From a virus, in the IMG/VR virus record IMGVR_UViG_3300029267_002600, positions 1 through 64,000 of that record: DNA of 64,000 nt; one strand, given 5' to 3'. A model generated the notes under the pieces. That model worked only from the letters and a program-made list of their open reading frames with translations. It was not told the origin of the DNA and ran no database searches. Both the position numbers and the translations under genes were made by a program. Shown here piece after piece: positions 9,623 to 19,650 of this stretch (positions are counted from its first letter, which is position 1; every line of letters starts with the position of its first letter).

Positions 9623-10327
9623 ATGGAAATGGAATGGATGATGCCAATAGTCATGATCATGGTCGTGGTCATTATAGTTATGATGGTAGTTAGAATGATC
9701 AAAGACATGGCAGGTAAAAAGAAGCCACAAAAGATTGAGATTGCAAGGGATAGTGATGAACGATTGGAGAAGGCATACACCCGAATGATCAAAAACAAAT
9801 TGAACAAGGATAGAATGCGACACACACTTTGGATTACTGGCGATAAATACATACAGGGTTATAGAGTGGGCGATATAGTTGGCATTCAACCACAGAACGA
9901 GATGTTGAAGATGCACATCAAATCTCATTGGTGGATGTTCTGGAAGAAGGCGTTTCCGATCTATATAGATCCAATCCTTTGTAGTGATTTAAATTGTAAG
10001 GACATTGTAGTTCAATGCAAGGGCTTTGAAGCAGTATCAGAAGGGCTTTATTTTCCCATTCCAGTTGCCGATACAAAGAATCTGGAAGCCATTTATATTG
10101 GCAGGGATAATTGGAGATTATCACGAATATTGAAGCAATCAATGGATGATTTAAATCAGGATACAGATGTAATTACAAAGATGGCAATGCGTGGAGATCT
10201 TGAAAGGGCAGGATTTGAAATAGAAAAACTACACATCATGCCAGAAATAGAAGAAGAAAAGGTCAGGAAGTATCAGCAAAGGGAAGTTAGAGATCGGTAT
10301 TCAGGTTCAGGTGGGGGTGGTTCTTAA
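9623..10327 (+). CDS. N-terminally membrane-anchored protein
   Basis: Met/Val/Ile-rich N-terminal TM helix. C-terminal GSGGGGS tail. Confidence 0.6.
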   Translation: MEMEWMMPIVMIMVVVIIVMMVVRMIKDMAGKKKPQKIEIARDSDERLEKAYTRMIKNKLNKDRMRHTLWITGDKYIQGYRVGDIVGIQPQNEMLKMHIKSHWWMFWKKAFPIYIDPILCSDLNCKDIVVQCKGFEAVSEGLYFPIPVADTKNLEAIYIGRDNWRLSRILKQSMDDLNQDTDVITKMAMRGDLERAGFEIEKLHIMPEIEEEKVRKYQQREVRDRYSGSGGGGS

Positions 10328-11037
10328 TGGCTTACTATTTTTGGGATGCCATTGCGGATTATCCAGTTGAATCCGCAATCATAATCACAATCGGGGCATT
10401 GATCTATATCGGTTGGGTGAAGAAATTTTGGTATTTACATAAGCCATCAATATTTTGCACAAAAATGGGCAAATGGAGAGTTAGGAGATTCAATGGCAGG
10501 ATAGTTCGATTCAAAACCGAGCATGGCAAGAAGATGCTAACTGAAAAATGGAAAGATTTCGAAGATAATAAGGAGATAATGTTATACATCTATATATCAG
10601 GGCAACCAATTAGACCAATGAAAGTAATCAACGGCGATATTTGGTCAATCAAAAGGAATCCGTATAAGTTATTCAAACGAGAAATCACAATGAATAGAAA
10701 GAATCTGATTTGGAATGCGGATAAGAACTATTATGAATATTCAGATGATGATAATGAGATTTACCTTATTAAGCCACATATATTTGAGAAGGCAATGATG
10801 AAAAAGATAGACAATTTGGATATAAAAGCCAGTAGGGGATCAAAGACATCCCCACAATTGATTCATAGCGGTTATTTCAATAATCATCTTCCAATCCCAC
10901 CTGATGAATATCATGAAAAGGATAAATCCATGCAGATAACAGAATACGCCTACTCTACAAAGGATCGTGGGGCATATGGAAAATATGATGATTTGATGGG
11001 TGAAGATGAAGATGAAGAACTGGATGGTGAAGAATGA
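10327..11037 (+). CDS. N-terminally membrane-anchored protein with acidic tail
   Basis: TAATG overlap. TM helix AIIITIGALIYIGWV. C-terminal EDEDEELDGEE. Confidence 0.6.
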   Translation: MAYYFWDAIADYPVESAIIITIGALIYIGWVKKFWYLHKPSIFCTKMGKWRVRRFNGRIVRFKTEHGKKMLTEKWKDFEDNKEIMLYIYISGQPIRPMKVINGDIWSIKRNPYKLFKREITMNRKNLIWNADKNYYEYSDDDNEIYLIKPHIFEKAMMKKIDNLDIKASRGSKTSPQLIHSGYFNNHLPIPPDEYHEKDKSMQITEYAYSTKDRGAYGKYDDLMGEDEDEELDGEE

Positions 11038-11408
11038 ACTACGGTAAAGATGAGCATGAGATAAGACAACTGGAAGAACGCATTGATAAGAAAATGCGTG
11101 ATTTACAATTCAGAAAAGGTGAGATACTTGATCTTAATATTCGACATATTCAGGAATTTGTGTGGTCATTTACAAAGGCTTATGAGAACGGCGATATGCA
11201 AAGGTGTGGTAGAATATTAGACATTATGATAACACTATCGCATAATAAAGAGCAGATACCAACATTGCAGGAGTATTTTGGTGGAGAAAGAATAGCCAGA
11301 TACAAAGGCACGATCCATATTGATAAGGCATCAGAATGGATAACATACATAGGAGAAATAATAATTGGAATGACAGAATGGAGAATAGAAGCAGAACCGA
11401 TAGATTAG
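11034..11408 (+). CDS. hypothetical protein
   Basis: ATGA overlap. No family recognised. Confidence 0.55.
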   Translation: MNYGKDEHEIRQLEERIDKKMRDLQFRKGEILDLNIRHIQEFVWSFTKAYENGDMQRCGRILDIMITLSHNKEQIPTLQEYFGGERIARYKGTIHIDKASEWITYIGEIIIGMTEWRIEAEPID

Positions 11409-11420
11409 GAGTTGAAAAAT

Positions 11421-11936
11421 ATGGGTAATGATGATGAAGTAAGGAAATCAAGAGTTGCGAGAACAAGAGCAAGACCGATTACGGATGATGATGAAGAAAT
11501 ACAGCAAAGAACGACAGAACCAAATTGCCCTAATTATTGTCCGAGATTTGAATGCGTTCTCAAAGGTGATTGTAATATGGAATGCGAAAAACTTGACATG
11601 GCAAAAGCATTGATTTGCGAATTATGTGCCAACCCATGCGAAACAGAAAAGCAAAAGATTCTAATGCTGAATACGAAATATTATGATCAGAAAAAGAAGG
11701 AGTTCTCCAAGAACATTTTGGATGGGGTTCATAAGGTTAAAGATCGGCATAATTATCTGGAAACAAGATACAATGAATTGAAGAAAGAGCAATTACAAAC
11801 ATCCATGTGGAAATTCTGGAAGAAAACCGAGATTGCAAAGAAAGGCAAAAAGATCAGGTATGAGATGGAATTAATAAGGCAGTTCATGGATTGGCTTGAA
11901 ATTCCTTATAAGCAAGAGATTGATTTAGACACATAG
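11421..11936 (+). CDS. hypothetical Cys-rich / coiled-coil protein
   Basis: ATG 11421 about 10 nt after TAGGAG; the track starts at TTG 11412. Cys cluster CPNYCPRFECVLKGDCNMEC...CELCANPC. Confidence 0.55.
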   Translation: MGNDDEVRKSRVARTRARPITDDDEEIQQRTTEPNCPNYCPRFECVLKGDCNMECEKLDMAKALICELCANPCETEKQKILMLNTKYYDQKKKEFSKNILDGVHKVKDRHNYLETRYNELKKEQLQTSMWKFWKKTEIAKKGKKIRYEMELIRQFMDWLEIPYKQEIDLDT

Positions 11937-11964
11937 GAAATTATAAATAAAAGGTTGCAGATTT

Positions 11965-14388
11965 ATGTGTGTGATAATGCGAAAGTATCTTGCATTTGCG
12001 GTTTTCATCATCATCATAGGGGTTCTTTTTCAATCTCCAGTAGCCAAAGCACAGGAAGATTCTGCCCATTCTTTTGATGCCGAATTTCAAGCGCAAACAC
12101 TACCTGATGGAAGCCCTGTAATTGAGAATAATCTTGCCGAGCAAGGTGAAATCAGAACGGAAATTGATATTTGGGAAAACGACATGGGCAAGGAAGTAAC
12201 TGATGGATCTTATGTCGGTGGTATTTTTGAATCATCATTGATGGAAGTTGATTATGAACCATTAAAAATTAATGATTCATATTCATATGATGTAAAACTA
12301 TATGATAATCTTTTACCAAGTTTTTATAGGGATGATTATGGAACACCATTATTTCCACCACCACCAATCCCATTAGTTGCAATAGGGGATGAATATGGTG
12401 GCAGGTATCAAGATAATTTTCCGATTGCAAAAAAAAGATCAATTATAACGATTTCTAACGTAATGAATTTTACTAATAGAATGATTATGTCGGGGGCAAC
12501 AGAATTTTATGTAAAAATACCACTAAACCCAAGTTGCATTAATTTTGATGAAATTACACCAACCATGTGTGCATTTAAAATTGAGAATGAAAATTCCACT
12601 CAAATATATCAATCTATAAATAATGGGCATCTATATTTAGAACCAAATTTTTCGATTATTTATGATCCATTTCCATTTCGTTGGCAATCGTATGATAATG
12701 GAACTGTATATGATGTTCAACAAGATTCTGGATTAATAAGACAGGATATTAATGTGGGTGAAATTTTATTTCCATATTATCGTGGAAATATACCAAATAT
12801 AATTCAACCTATTAGGAACAAAAACATAGTAAATGATGGATTATATGCAAGAGTTTTAGGAACAATTGAACCAAACACAAATTATTTATTTACATTCAAT
12901 TGTATTTTAGAATCACAACCATTAGTATATCTTACAGAAGATGATATTTGTTCCAATGGCAGAAATTCTTCAATCATGGTTTCCGATCTAAATTTTGTAT
13001 TAGAACCATCTGGATCAACATGGTGGGATGGAACATTTGAAATAACAGCATCACATGGTTGGCATCAACTTGTAAAGGTTAATGTTAATGAAACAAATTT
13101 TCCATTAATAAATGAAACGATTGATGTTCCAGTAGATATAGCATTCTCATTTATATTTAAAAGTGGTAGAGGGAATTATGGGATGTTTGGTCATAAATTC
13201 CATTTCAATAAAAATGATGCACTTGTATTTTATGATAGATTAGAAGCCCCAACAACTGATAAATTCGTTTCAGTTATGTTACCTTTCATTGCAGATAGTG
13301 GTATATTTATAAACCTAACAGTTTGGCTTTTAGATCCCACTAACAAATATGAACCAACTGGCGTTTTAAGTGAATATGGTAATGAATATGTATATGTAAA
13401 TACAAATGTTTGGCATTCAAATGAACAAATTGACTATACAGATTACATCATTTTTACAGTTCCTTATAGAATTAATGCAACAACTGTTAGAACAGATTAT
13501 ATTGATATTAAAGTGATGGTAACATTTGAAAAAGAAGCAGATGTTACATTTATGTTCTCTACCCCTGATAATGCAAAAACTGGCATTGATGATTCATATA
13601 TAGAGCAGAATCCAAGTTTATGGGATAGCACAACTGAATATGATACATTTCAATCATACATTCCATATTACAAACCAAGAAGAAATTTAACTTATATATA
13701 TGAGGATGTTAGAACAATTCAATTTGGTCATTATACATGGTATGATTATGAAGGATTCATTAAGAAAGTATTTCCAACTCAAAATGTATCAAGTTCAAAG
13801 ATAAAAGTTCCAAGAGATTATTCAGATGCCACAATAATGCATTATGAACTTTTCAGATCGGTTCAATTAACAGATGGAATCTGGCATGAATTAGTAACAT
13901 CAGCAGAAGGATTCCAGTATGCCACACACTTCTTTGAGAGAAGGATTTCTATTGGATTGATTAACTTATGGGTTGATACAACAGATAACGATACCGAAGA
14001 ACAAGTTGCATGGTATGATGATGGATTGCAGAAGTGGGGTAAAGCATGGGAATCATTGACAAAATTAGATATTATCAATGCGATCTATTATGCAGTATCG
14101 GGAACAATATCGTTAATCTGGAATGGCTTACAAGCATTTCTTGGCTTCATTGTTGGCATATTCTATAAAGTTTGGGATGGGCTTGTAAAGGTGGGAAAGT
14201 TTGTCTATTCTGTATTATCTTCATTCGTAGGAAAAATTTTAGAAATTGTGGGGGATATTGTCAATAGTCTTGAGAATATTTTGGAAGTAATGCTATATAT
14301 CATTGCCATAATCATTTTTGCATATGTGGTAAGTTGGTCAGGAAGATTCATCTATAAGAAAATCAGTTTAAGGGGGCTTGGAATATAA
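11965..14388 (+). CDS. large secreted, C-terminally membrane-embedded glycoprotein candidate (virion/envelope spike?)
   Basis: Signal peptide (AFAVFIIIIGVLFQSPVAKA/QED). Many N-x-S/T sequons. About 130-aa C-terminal region with several hydrophobic helices. Confidence 0.7.
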   Translation: MCVIMRKYLAFAVFIIIIGVLFQSPVAKAQEDSAHSFDAEFQAQTLPDGSPVIENNLAEQGEIRTEIDIWENDMGKEVTDGSYVGGIFESSLMEVDYEPLKINDSYSYDVKLYDNLLPSFYRDDYGTPLFPPPPIPLVAIGDEYGGRYQDNFPIAKKRSIITISNVMNFTNRMIMSGATEFYVKIPLNPSCINFDEITPTMCAFKIENENSTQIYQSINNGHLYLEPNFSIIYDPFPFRWQSYDNGTVYDVQQDSGLIRQDINVGEILFPYYRGNIPNIIQPIRNKNIVNDGLYARVLGTIEPNTNYLFTFNCILESQPLVYLTEDDICSNGRNSSIMVSDLNFVLEPSGSTWWDGTFEITASHGWHQLVKVNVNETNFPLINETIDVPVDIAFSFIFKSGRGNYGMFGHKFHFNKNDALVFYDRLEAPTTDKFVSVMLPFIADSGIFINLTVWLLDPTNKYEPTGVLSEYGNEYVYVNTNVWHSNEQIDYTDYIIFTVPYRINATTVRTDYIDIKVMVTFEKEADVTFMFSTPDNAKTGIDDSYIEQNPSLWDSTTEYDTFQSYIPYYKPRRNLTYIYEDVRTIQFGHYTWYDYEGFIKKVFPTQNVSSSKIKVPRDYSDATIMHYELFRSVQLTDGIWHELVTSAEGFQYATHFFERRISIGLINLWVDTTDNDTEEQVAWYDDGLQKWGKAWESLTKLDIINAIYYAVSGTISLIWNGLQAFLGFIVGIFYKVWDGLVKVGKFVYSVLSSFVGKILEIVGDIVNSLENILEVMLYIIAIIIFAYVVSWSGRFIYKKISLRGLGI

Positions 14389-14519
14389 GATATACTGTCA
14401 TATTTGTAGCAATTATAATATTAATATTACCTTTAAATCAGGTTGTTCAAGCGGATGTAGTTGAGGAAGAAAGAACATTATTTATCCAAGCAGATCCAGA
14501 TATTGAATATGATTGTGTT

Positions 14520-17500
14520 TTGAACATAATAAATACAAGCAATGATCAATACACAAACGATAAGTTATTGATTGAACAATTTGAACAGGATACTGGCATA
14601 TCGGGTGGTTTTTCAGGATCGTTTTTGCCCCCTGCAAAGTTTCAACTAAATGATGCAAATACATCTGCATCCAATAATCATCTTGTTATGGCATCCATAG
14701 TAGAATTTAATCGTAAGAATCTACTTTCAGGGGCTTCAATATCTTGGTGGAGATGCCCCTACTTCTATAACTCATCCTTTTCTACAAGCAGGGATTGGAA
14801 TTTAAATATGTCAATCTATCATGTAGATCTTCCAAGAGTAGTTAATTTTTCATTTGATTATGCAGGTGGTGGAAATAATTATCCAGTAGTGCCAACAGCA
14901 TCATCACATCCATCACTTATATTCCAGAAATCATTTACAAATTGCGGATCTACACAGAATGATGAGCAATGGAACTTTACGAAAACAGCAATCATTCCAG
15001 CAAACGATACATTAGTTGATCCAGAATTGCCTTACAATGAAACTACAAATCCACATCTATATAATAATTCACTTCAGTATAGTTTTGCTTGGTTCAATGT
15101 TTCTGCCCCGATCTATCCGAATGAATCATACATGGTCATTTGGGATGTGCAAGATGTAGCAATGGGCGTTAATGATGCAGGAAGTATGTGGCTAACAGCA
15201 TCCGATATAGGAAACAATGCATACGGCAGAACATTATTCTGTTGGAATAACAGAACAGTATATGAACTGCCAATTGATTTAGATAGTTCTGTAATATTCC
15301 AGATAGGCATGGGGGCAGGAATTTCAGGAACAAAATTGGCTTATAACGATCCTGATTATATAGATCATACTTCCAGATTTGATCACACAAATTTTGGTTC
15401 AGGGGGATATAATTTTCAATCCGATTTCAGCAATTCCTTTGCAACTGATGGCTTTACAACAAGCGTTTCAACAAGTTCAGATGCATGGGTTAGACGAAAT
15501 GCAACATTAGAAAGAGCAGATTTTATACTTAATAGAACAGGATCGGTATCATCAAATTTTGGTGGGGCAGGAACAGATGGAACAAATAGTGGAGAATGGG
15601 GGGAATTAATATATGATAGGGGGTTAAGTAAATGGGATTCAGAAGGAGTTACTTTCAAATTTGATGTAAATATGTATGGTGGCATTGTTGATCTAACAAG
15701 CCCCGATAGAACAGTAGTAAGTTCAGAATTAAAAATAGCATTATACGATACTACATCAGAACAATGCAGATTTGCAATAGCAAGATACAAGGAGATTTCA
15801 GCAACAGGAGTAAATTTTAGCAATGAAATTAGATATTATGATAGCGGAAGCGTATATTCTACAATACCTTTGCCCGATTCATTTCCACAACATTTTCATC
15901 TTTCAGTATCAGTAGATATACCCAAAGGAGAAGTATATATCCACATATATCATCCAGATATTCCAAACAGAATATATTTTGCACATATGTATTCCAATAG
16001 ATTTGTGGGTTCAAGCACAATTAATGGCTTATTATTGGCAGGTTGTGTGTTAGAAACTGCATTAGCAGATACAAGAACAGATGGAGAAGTTGTAATTTCA
16101 GTAACCAAACTATCAGGAACTAATAGAAAAAACACATTACTTTGGACAATAAACAATCCATTTAACCGACAATCTTTATCTATTCATGATTTCTATTCAG
16201 GTTACGAAACATTAGTTCCAGATGTGAATTTTTCTTCTCCAGATACAAGGTGTATAGGATTTACTCATAGATTTCCAATTGGTTCAGCAGTAGATATTCA
16301 ACAAACCCAATCATTTTCTGTTGGAATAAACAGAAGGGTGTTTGCGACAGGATATTATAGGATGCTTTTCAATGACAGCACAGATTCTTATGCAGGATCG
16401 GACAGTTATTTCTATTTCCAAGTTGAAGGATGGGATGGCTTCAATTGGATTGCTTCAATCAATGAGAAATATTATGCTCTTGATGGAACATGGCATCAGG
16501 TCAGCACAGGTCATATAACTGGCACATTCTATCAAATAAGAATAACAGTAGGATTTAGATTCCCAAGCCCTGATGATACAAGTAGGGCAGATTTAAAACT
16601 TGGATTTTTTGATAATTTAAAAGTATTCAGTATTGATAATTCCAGTTTGAAGCATCATATATTCTATCAGGATGTGGATCAGCAGGATTGGAATGCCACA
16701 AATTACTACACATTCATGCTTCCATTTAGACAGGTTGAAGATCCTGATTTTACTCCATTCTGCAAGTTAGAGTTCAAAAATTCAGGTGGAACAACTGTTT
16801 ATACAAGTCTAACTTATCCAACAGATTTTCATGATGATTTCATAATAGCAGGTATTAAAACATCCAGCATTCCAAGTTCTTCAGCATTTATAAAAATCAC
16901 ATTGTATAATTTCGGTAATCAATCATATTTATTCTTGCACGATAGAAATAGTGATTTCGATCTAAATACGGATAGAATGTTCAGAAATAATTACTTTACA
17001 GATAATGATGCATCAGGAACAATGCTAAACGAAACATATTTTTCGCCTTACTATTCATTGAAAACCACAGAAGGCGAATGGCTTAATGCTGATTCATATT
17101 TCACTACAAGTTATTTCTATTTTGTAGTTGTCAGATTCATAGAATGGAACGATAATGATCCAGAAGTGATATTGATTCAATTTGATGCAGTTGATGTTGA
17201 AGATATTGATGTTTATAGGGTTAAATTAAGCGCATTTGGAGATGTCTATGATGATGAGGAATGGAAGATGTATCTGGATATACGGAATCGCCCATCATGG
17301 TTAGATAAGATTGTAGATTGGTTCTTAAATTCTCCATTAGGTCAGTTCTTTGGTATGATCGGCAAGTTTATTCATAAAGTTATAAGTTTTCTTGCGCCCT
17401 ATGTTCAATCATTACTTCATTTAATGCTGGAAGCATTTGTATTTATAGTATCAGTAGCCATATTTTTCTTTGCCATGTTTGTGATGTGGAATCTTGTTCA

Positions 17501-17612
17501 ATTTACTATATTAATGGCACAAAACAAGCCAGAAGAAGCCATAGATCAATTAACAGATTTCACAGGTAAGGTATCAGCATTAGTTGGTAAAGCAGTAAGC
17601 GTGGTAAGGTGA
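14520..17612 (+). CDS. very large glycoprotein candidate with C-terminal membrane helices; true start probably upstream
   Basis: 1030-aa ORF from TTG 14520. The in-frame upstream stretch 14358-14519 encodes a signal-peptide-like YTVIFVAIIILILPLNQVVQA/D but has no ATG/GTG/TTG. Many sequons. C-terminal TM helices. Confidence 0.65.
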   Translation: MNIINTSNDQYTNDKLLIEQFEQDTGISGGFSGSFLPPAKFQLNDANTSASNNHLVMASIVEFNRKNLLSGASISWWRCPYFYNSSFSTSRDWNLNMSIYHVDLPRVVNFSFDYAGGGNNYPVVPTASSHPSLIFQKSFTNCGSTQNDEQWNFTKTAIIPANDTLVDPELPYNETTNPHLYNNSLQYSFAWFNVSAPIYPNESYMVIWDVQDVAMGVNDAGSMWLTASDIGNNAYGRTLFCWNNRTVYELPIDLDSSVIFQIGMGAGISGTKLAYNDPDYIDHTSRFDHTNFGSGGYNFQSDFSNSFATDGFTTSVSTSSDAWVRRNATLERADFILNRTGSVSSNFGGAGTDGTNSGEWGELIYDRGLSKWDSEGVTFKFDVNMYGGIVDLTSPDRTVVSSELKIALYDTTSEQCRFAIARYKEISATGVNFSNEIRYYDSGSVYSTIPLPDSFPQHFHLSVSVDIPKGEVYIHIYHPDIPNRIYFAHMYSNRFVGSSTINGLLLAGCVLETALADTRTDGEVVISVTKLSGTNRKNTLLWTINNPFNRQSLSIHDFYSGYETLVPDVNFSSPDTRCIGFTHRFPIGSAVDIQQTQSFSVGINRRVFATGYYRMLFNDSTDSYAGSDSYFYFQVEGWDGFNWIASINEKYYALDGTWHQVSTGHITGTFYQIRITVGFRFPSPDDTSRADLKLGFFDNLKVFSIDNSSLKHHIFYQDVDQQDWNATNYYTFMLPFRQVEDPDFTPFCKLEFKNSGGTTVYTSLTYPTDFHDDFIIAGIKTSSIPSSSAFIKITLYNFGNQSYLFLHDRNSDFDLNTDRMFRNNYFTDNDASGTMLNETYFSPYYSLKTTEGEWLNADSYFTTSYFYFVVVRFIEWNDNDPEVILIQFDAVDVEDIDVYRVKLSAFGDVYDDEEWKMYLDIRNRPSWLDKIVDWFLNSPLGQFFGMIGKFIHKVISFLAPYVQSLLHLMLEAFVFIVSVAIFFFAMFVMWNLVQFTILMAQNKPEEAIDQLTDFTGKVSALVGKAVSVVR

Positions 17613-17619
17613 TAATTCT

Positions 17620-17973
17620 ATGGTGATTCAGGAACTTCCATTTTTTGCGATTCTTCTTCTAACGATACTCCCCATTACGATAGGAATAATTATATTCGCA
17701 AGGATTCTTGGAATCGCAAGGGGATTAATTACAAAATTCAAATCCAAAGAAGTATCTACATTGATGGATTTTGGAGAATTATATCTATTTGTAACCTTTT
17801 TGGTTATCATAATTGGTATTGTTTATTACATCATGGGTTCTCAACCATCTGGCTTTTCGATCTTCGATTTTTTAATAGTAGAGATGTTGCCAATAGCGTG
17901 GTATTCAATATTATTATATGGCATAATTGTTCAGTTAGTAATCATGCTTGGCAGGGGTGAGAATATTGGTTGA
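17620..17973 (+). CDS. integral membrane protein (3-4 TM)
   Basis: Hydrophobic throughout. Confidence 0.6.
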   Translation: MVIQELPFFAILLLTILPITIGIIIFARILGIARGLITKFKSKEVSTLMDFGELYLFVTFLVIIIGIVYYIMGSQPSGFSIFDFLIVEMLPIAWYSILLYGIIVQLVIMLGRGENIG

Positions 17974-17983
17974 TCTTGATATA

Positions 17984-18058
17984 ATGATTGGATTATTAGC
18001 CACATTATTTGGGCTTATGATTATCAACTTTCTTGATCGCTTATTCTGGAGAAAATAG
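17984..18058 (+). CDS. tiny single-TM peptide (24 aa), tentative
   Basis: MIGLLATLFGLMIINFLDRLFWRK. Below the track threshold. Confidence 0.3.
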   Translation: MIGLLATLFGLMIINFLDRLFWRK

Positions 18059-18215
18059 TAGAAGTATTTAAATCTTATGCGTTAGGTTATATATAAGTGA
18101 ATGAAATTTATGAGTAACTAATGCTTACTACAAAATACAGCGACAACGGAAACATCTGCCCCGAAGATGTAAAAACATACTGGGGAAGAACTGGAAATTT
18201 GGGGGTGTATTAGTA

Positions 18216-18326
18216 ATGACCGATTTTTCGGAAATTACGACACTTGTTATTTCACTTCTGCCTGTTTTGGTGATATTGATCGTTTTCAAGTGGATCATCA
18301 AGACATTCAGCGAGATGGAGTTCTAA
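18216..18326 (+). CDS. tiny single-TM peptide (36 aa), tentative
   Basis: MTDFSEITTLVISLLPVLVILIVFKWIIKTFSEMEF, preceded by GGGGGTG. Below the track threshold. Confidence 0.35.
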   Translation: MTDFSEITTLVISLLPVLVILIVFKWIIKTFSEMEF

Positions 18327-18358
18327 TAGCCCAACATACAATCTAATAGGTGATGTAA

Positions 18359-18937
18359 ATGAAGAAATTCATTTCATTCCTTTTGATAGGATTGATGTTG
18401 TCGGCGTTAGCCACACCACTTGCTTGTGCATCAAGTGAAACAGGATCAGGTTCATCCAGAACTGTAACATTCCATGATTCATTTCAGGATTGTAACACTT
18501 CTGTAATCGTTCCAACCGTTCTCAACAATGAAACAAACAATTCCTTTGCCTTTGTGGTAATGGATGAATCAGGTAATTGGGGGAACAACTACACATTTAA
18601 CATCACGATATACGACAACAATGTTACTTGGTGGAACGGAACGGTTGATATTGATGGAGTTCCCAATGATAACACTACTGGATACATCAACTATTCCGCA
18701 AACACATTTGATGTAGTGGATAATGCCAATATCACAATCACTATGCAATGGCAGAACTTCACAGCAACGAATGATGATGTTTGGTATGGAGAAGTTGATA
18801 TTGTTGATGAAGCCACATATACAATCCGAGTTGTAACAACAGAATTGATGGTATCTATTCTGGCAATGGGATTAGTGATACTCTTTATCGGCAAGATCTT
18901 GGGATCTATGAAGATGGATGAAAAGAAAAAGAAGTAA
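18359..18937 (+). CDS. small sequon-rich, C-terminally anchored surface protein (candidate abundant virion/envelope protein)
   Basis: SD GGTGAT. Signal peptide. At least 11 N-x-S/T sequons by my count in about 150 aa. C-terminal TM followed by KKKK. A strong hairpin follows. Confidence 0.7.
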   Translation: MKKFISFLLIGLMLSALATPLACASSETGSGSSRTVTFHDSFQDCNTSVIVPTVLNNETNNSFAFVVMDESGNWGNNYTFNITIYDNNVTWWNGTVDIDGVPNDNTTGYINYSANTFDVVDNANITITMQWQNFTATNDDVWYGEVDIVDEATYTIRVVTTELMVSILAMGLVILFIGKILGSMKMDEKKKK

Positions 18938-18953
18938 TTTCATACCTGAAAAT

Positions 18954-18985
18954 AAAGGGGAGATGAACTTCTCCCCTTTCCTTTT
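18954..18985 (+). terminator. intrinsic-terminator-like hairpin
   Basis: AAAGGGGAG (18954-18962) pairs with CTCCCCTTT (18971-18979), followed by CCTTTTACATTTCTT. Confidence 0.55.
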
Positions 18986-19007
18986 ACATTTCTTGATCAG
19001 AAATGGG

Positions 19008-19028
19008 CAAAGTATAAGAATATATAAC
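19008..19028 (+). promoter_or_regulatory. putative promoter of the leader-family array (CAAAGTATAA + TATATAA)
   Basis: Same 10-mer as at 7521. It lies between the terminator hairpin and the first family gene (ATG 19047). Confidence 0.3.
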
Positions 19029-19046
19029 ACATAAGGAAGATCGCAA

Positions 19047-19649
19047 ATGTCTTGGAAAGGCGAATCAAGAAGGCATTCGTTAGCCAGAAAGGGCGTTAAG
19101 ACTAATGTTGATAATCGAAGGCAATTTGATAATAGTAAATTAATAGGAGAAGGAGTTTATAATAAAAGAACATATTTGAATATTTTTACTAATCATATTA
19201 AGAATTTGAGGGTTGAAGATGCAATTATGTTAAGAGATATTATGGAAAGCAGATTAATAAACGCATTATTTGATCATCAATATAGAAAAACGAATAACTA
19301 TCCATCACGATCAGAACAAAAACGGATTCATCAAAAAATACAACTAATGGATATGGATGAATTGGTAGAAAATCTTCAAAAGTATCAAAATTATGGAACT
19401 TCTAATATCTACAAAGTAAAAGATCATGCGGAATATCTTATAGATATAGAAAAACAATCAACAGATATTGTGCATTTAGGAAATACAAAGAAATTGAGAT
19501 GGGGAGATACATTAGTTTATATTCAGGGATCGCCAGATAATACGGCATGGGTAATTCATAAAGGGCTGATTGGAAAACATAACTATGGGGCATATGGTGG
19601 AATAGATAAAGATCCAAATTTAGAAAGAATGTTAATTAGGGATGATTGA
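19047..19649 (+). CDS. WKGESRRHSLARKG-leader family protein 1/25
   Basis: MSWKGESRRHSLARKGVKTNVDNRRQFDNSKLIGEG (degenerate second module). Unique body. Confidence 0.85.
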   Translation: MSWKGESRRHSLARKGVKTNVDNRRQFDNSKLIGEGVYNKRTYLNIFTNHIKNLRVEDAIMLRDIMESRLINALFDHQYRKTNNYPSRSEQKRIHQKIQLMDMDELVENLQKYQNYGTSNIYKVKDHAEYLIDIEKQSTDIVHLGNTKKLRWGDTLVYIQGSPDNTAWVIHKGLIGKHNYGAYGGIDKDPNLERMLIRDD

Positions 19650-19650
19650 G

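Noticed and set aside
14355-14390. A programmed -1 ribosomal frameshift fusing the 807-aa and 1030-aa glycoproteins.
   Set aside because: The downstream frame is indeed -1 and is open from 14358. However, I found no X-XXY-YYZ slippery heptamer in the 30-nt window, and the downstream sequence begins with its own signal peptide. I kept it only as one of several explanations in the findings.
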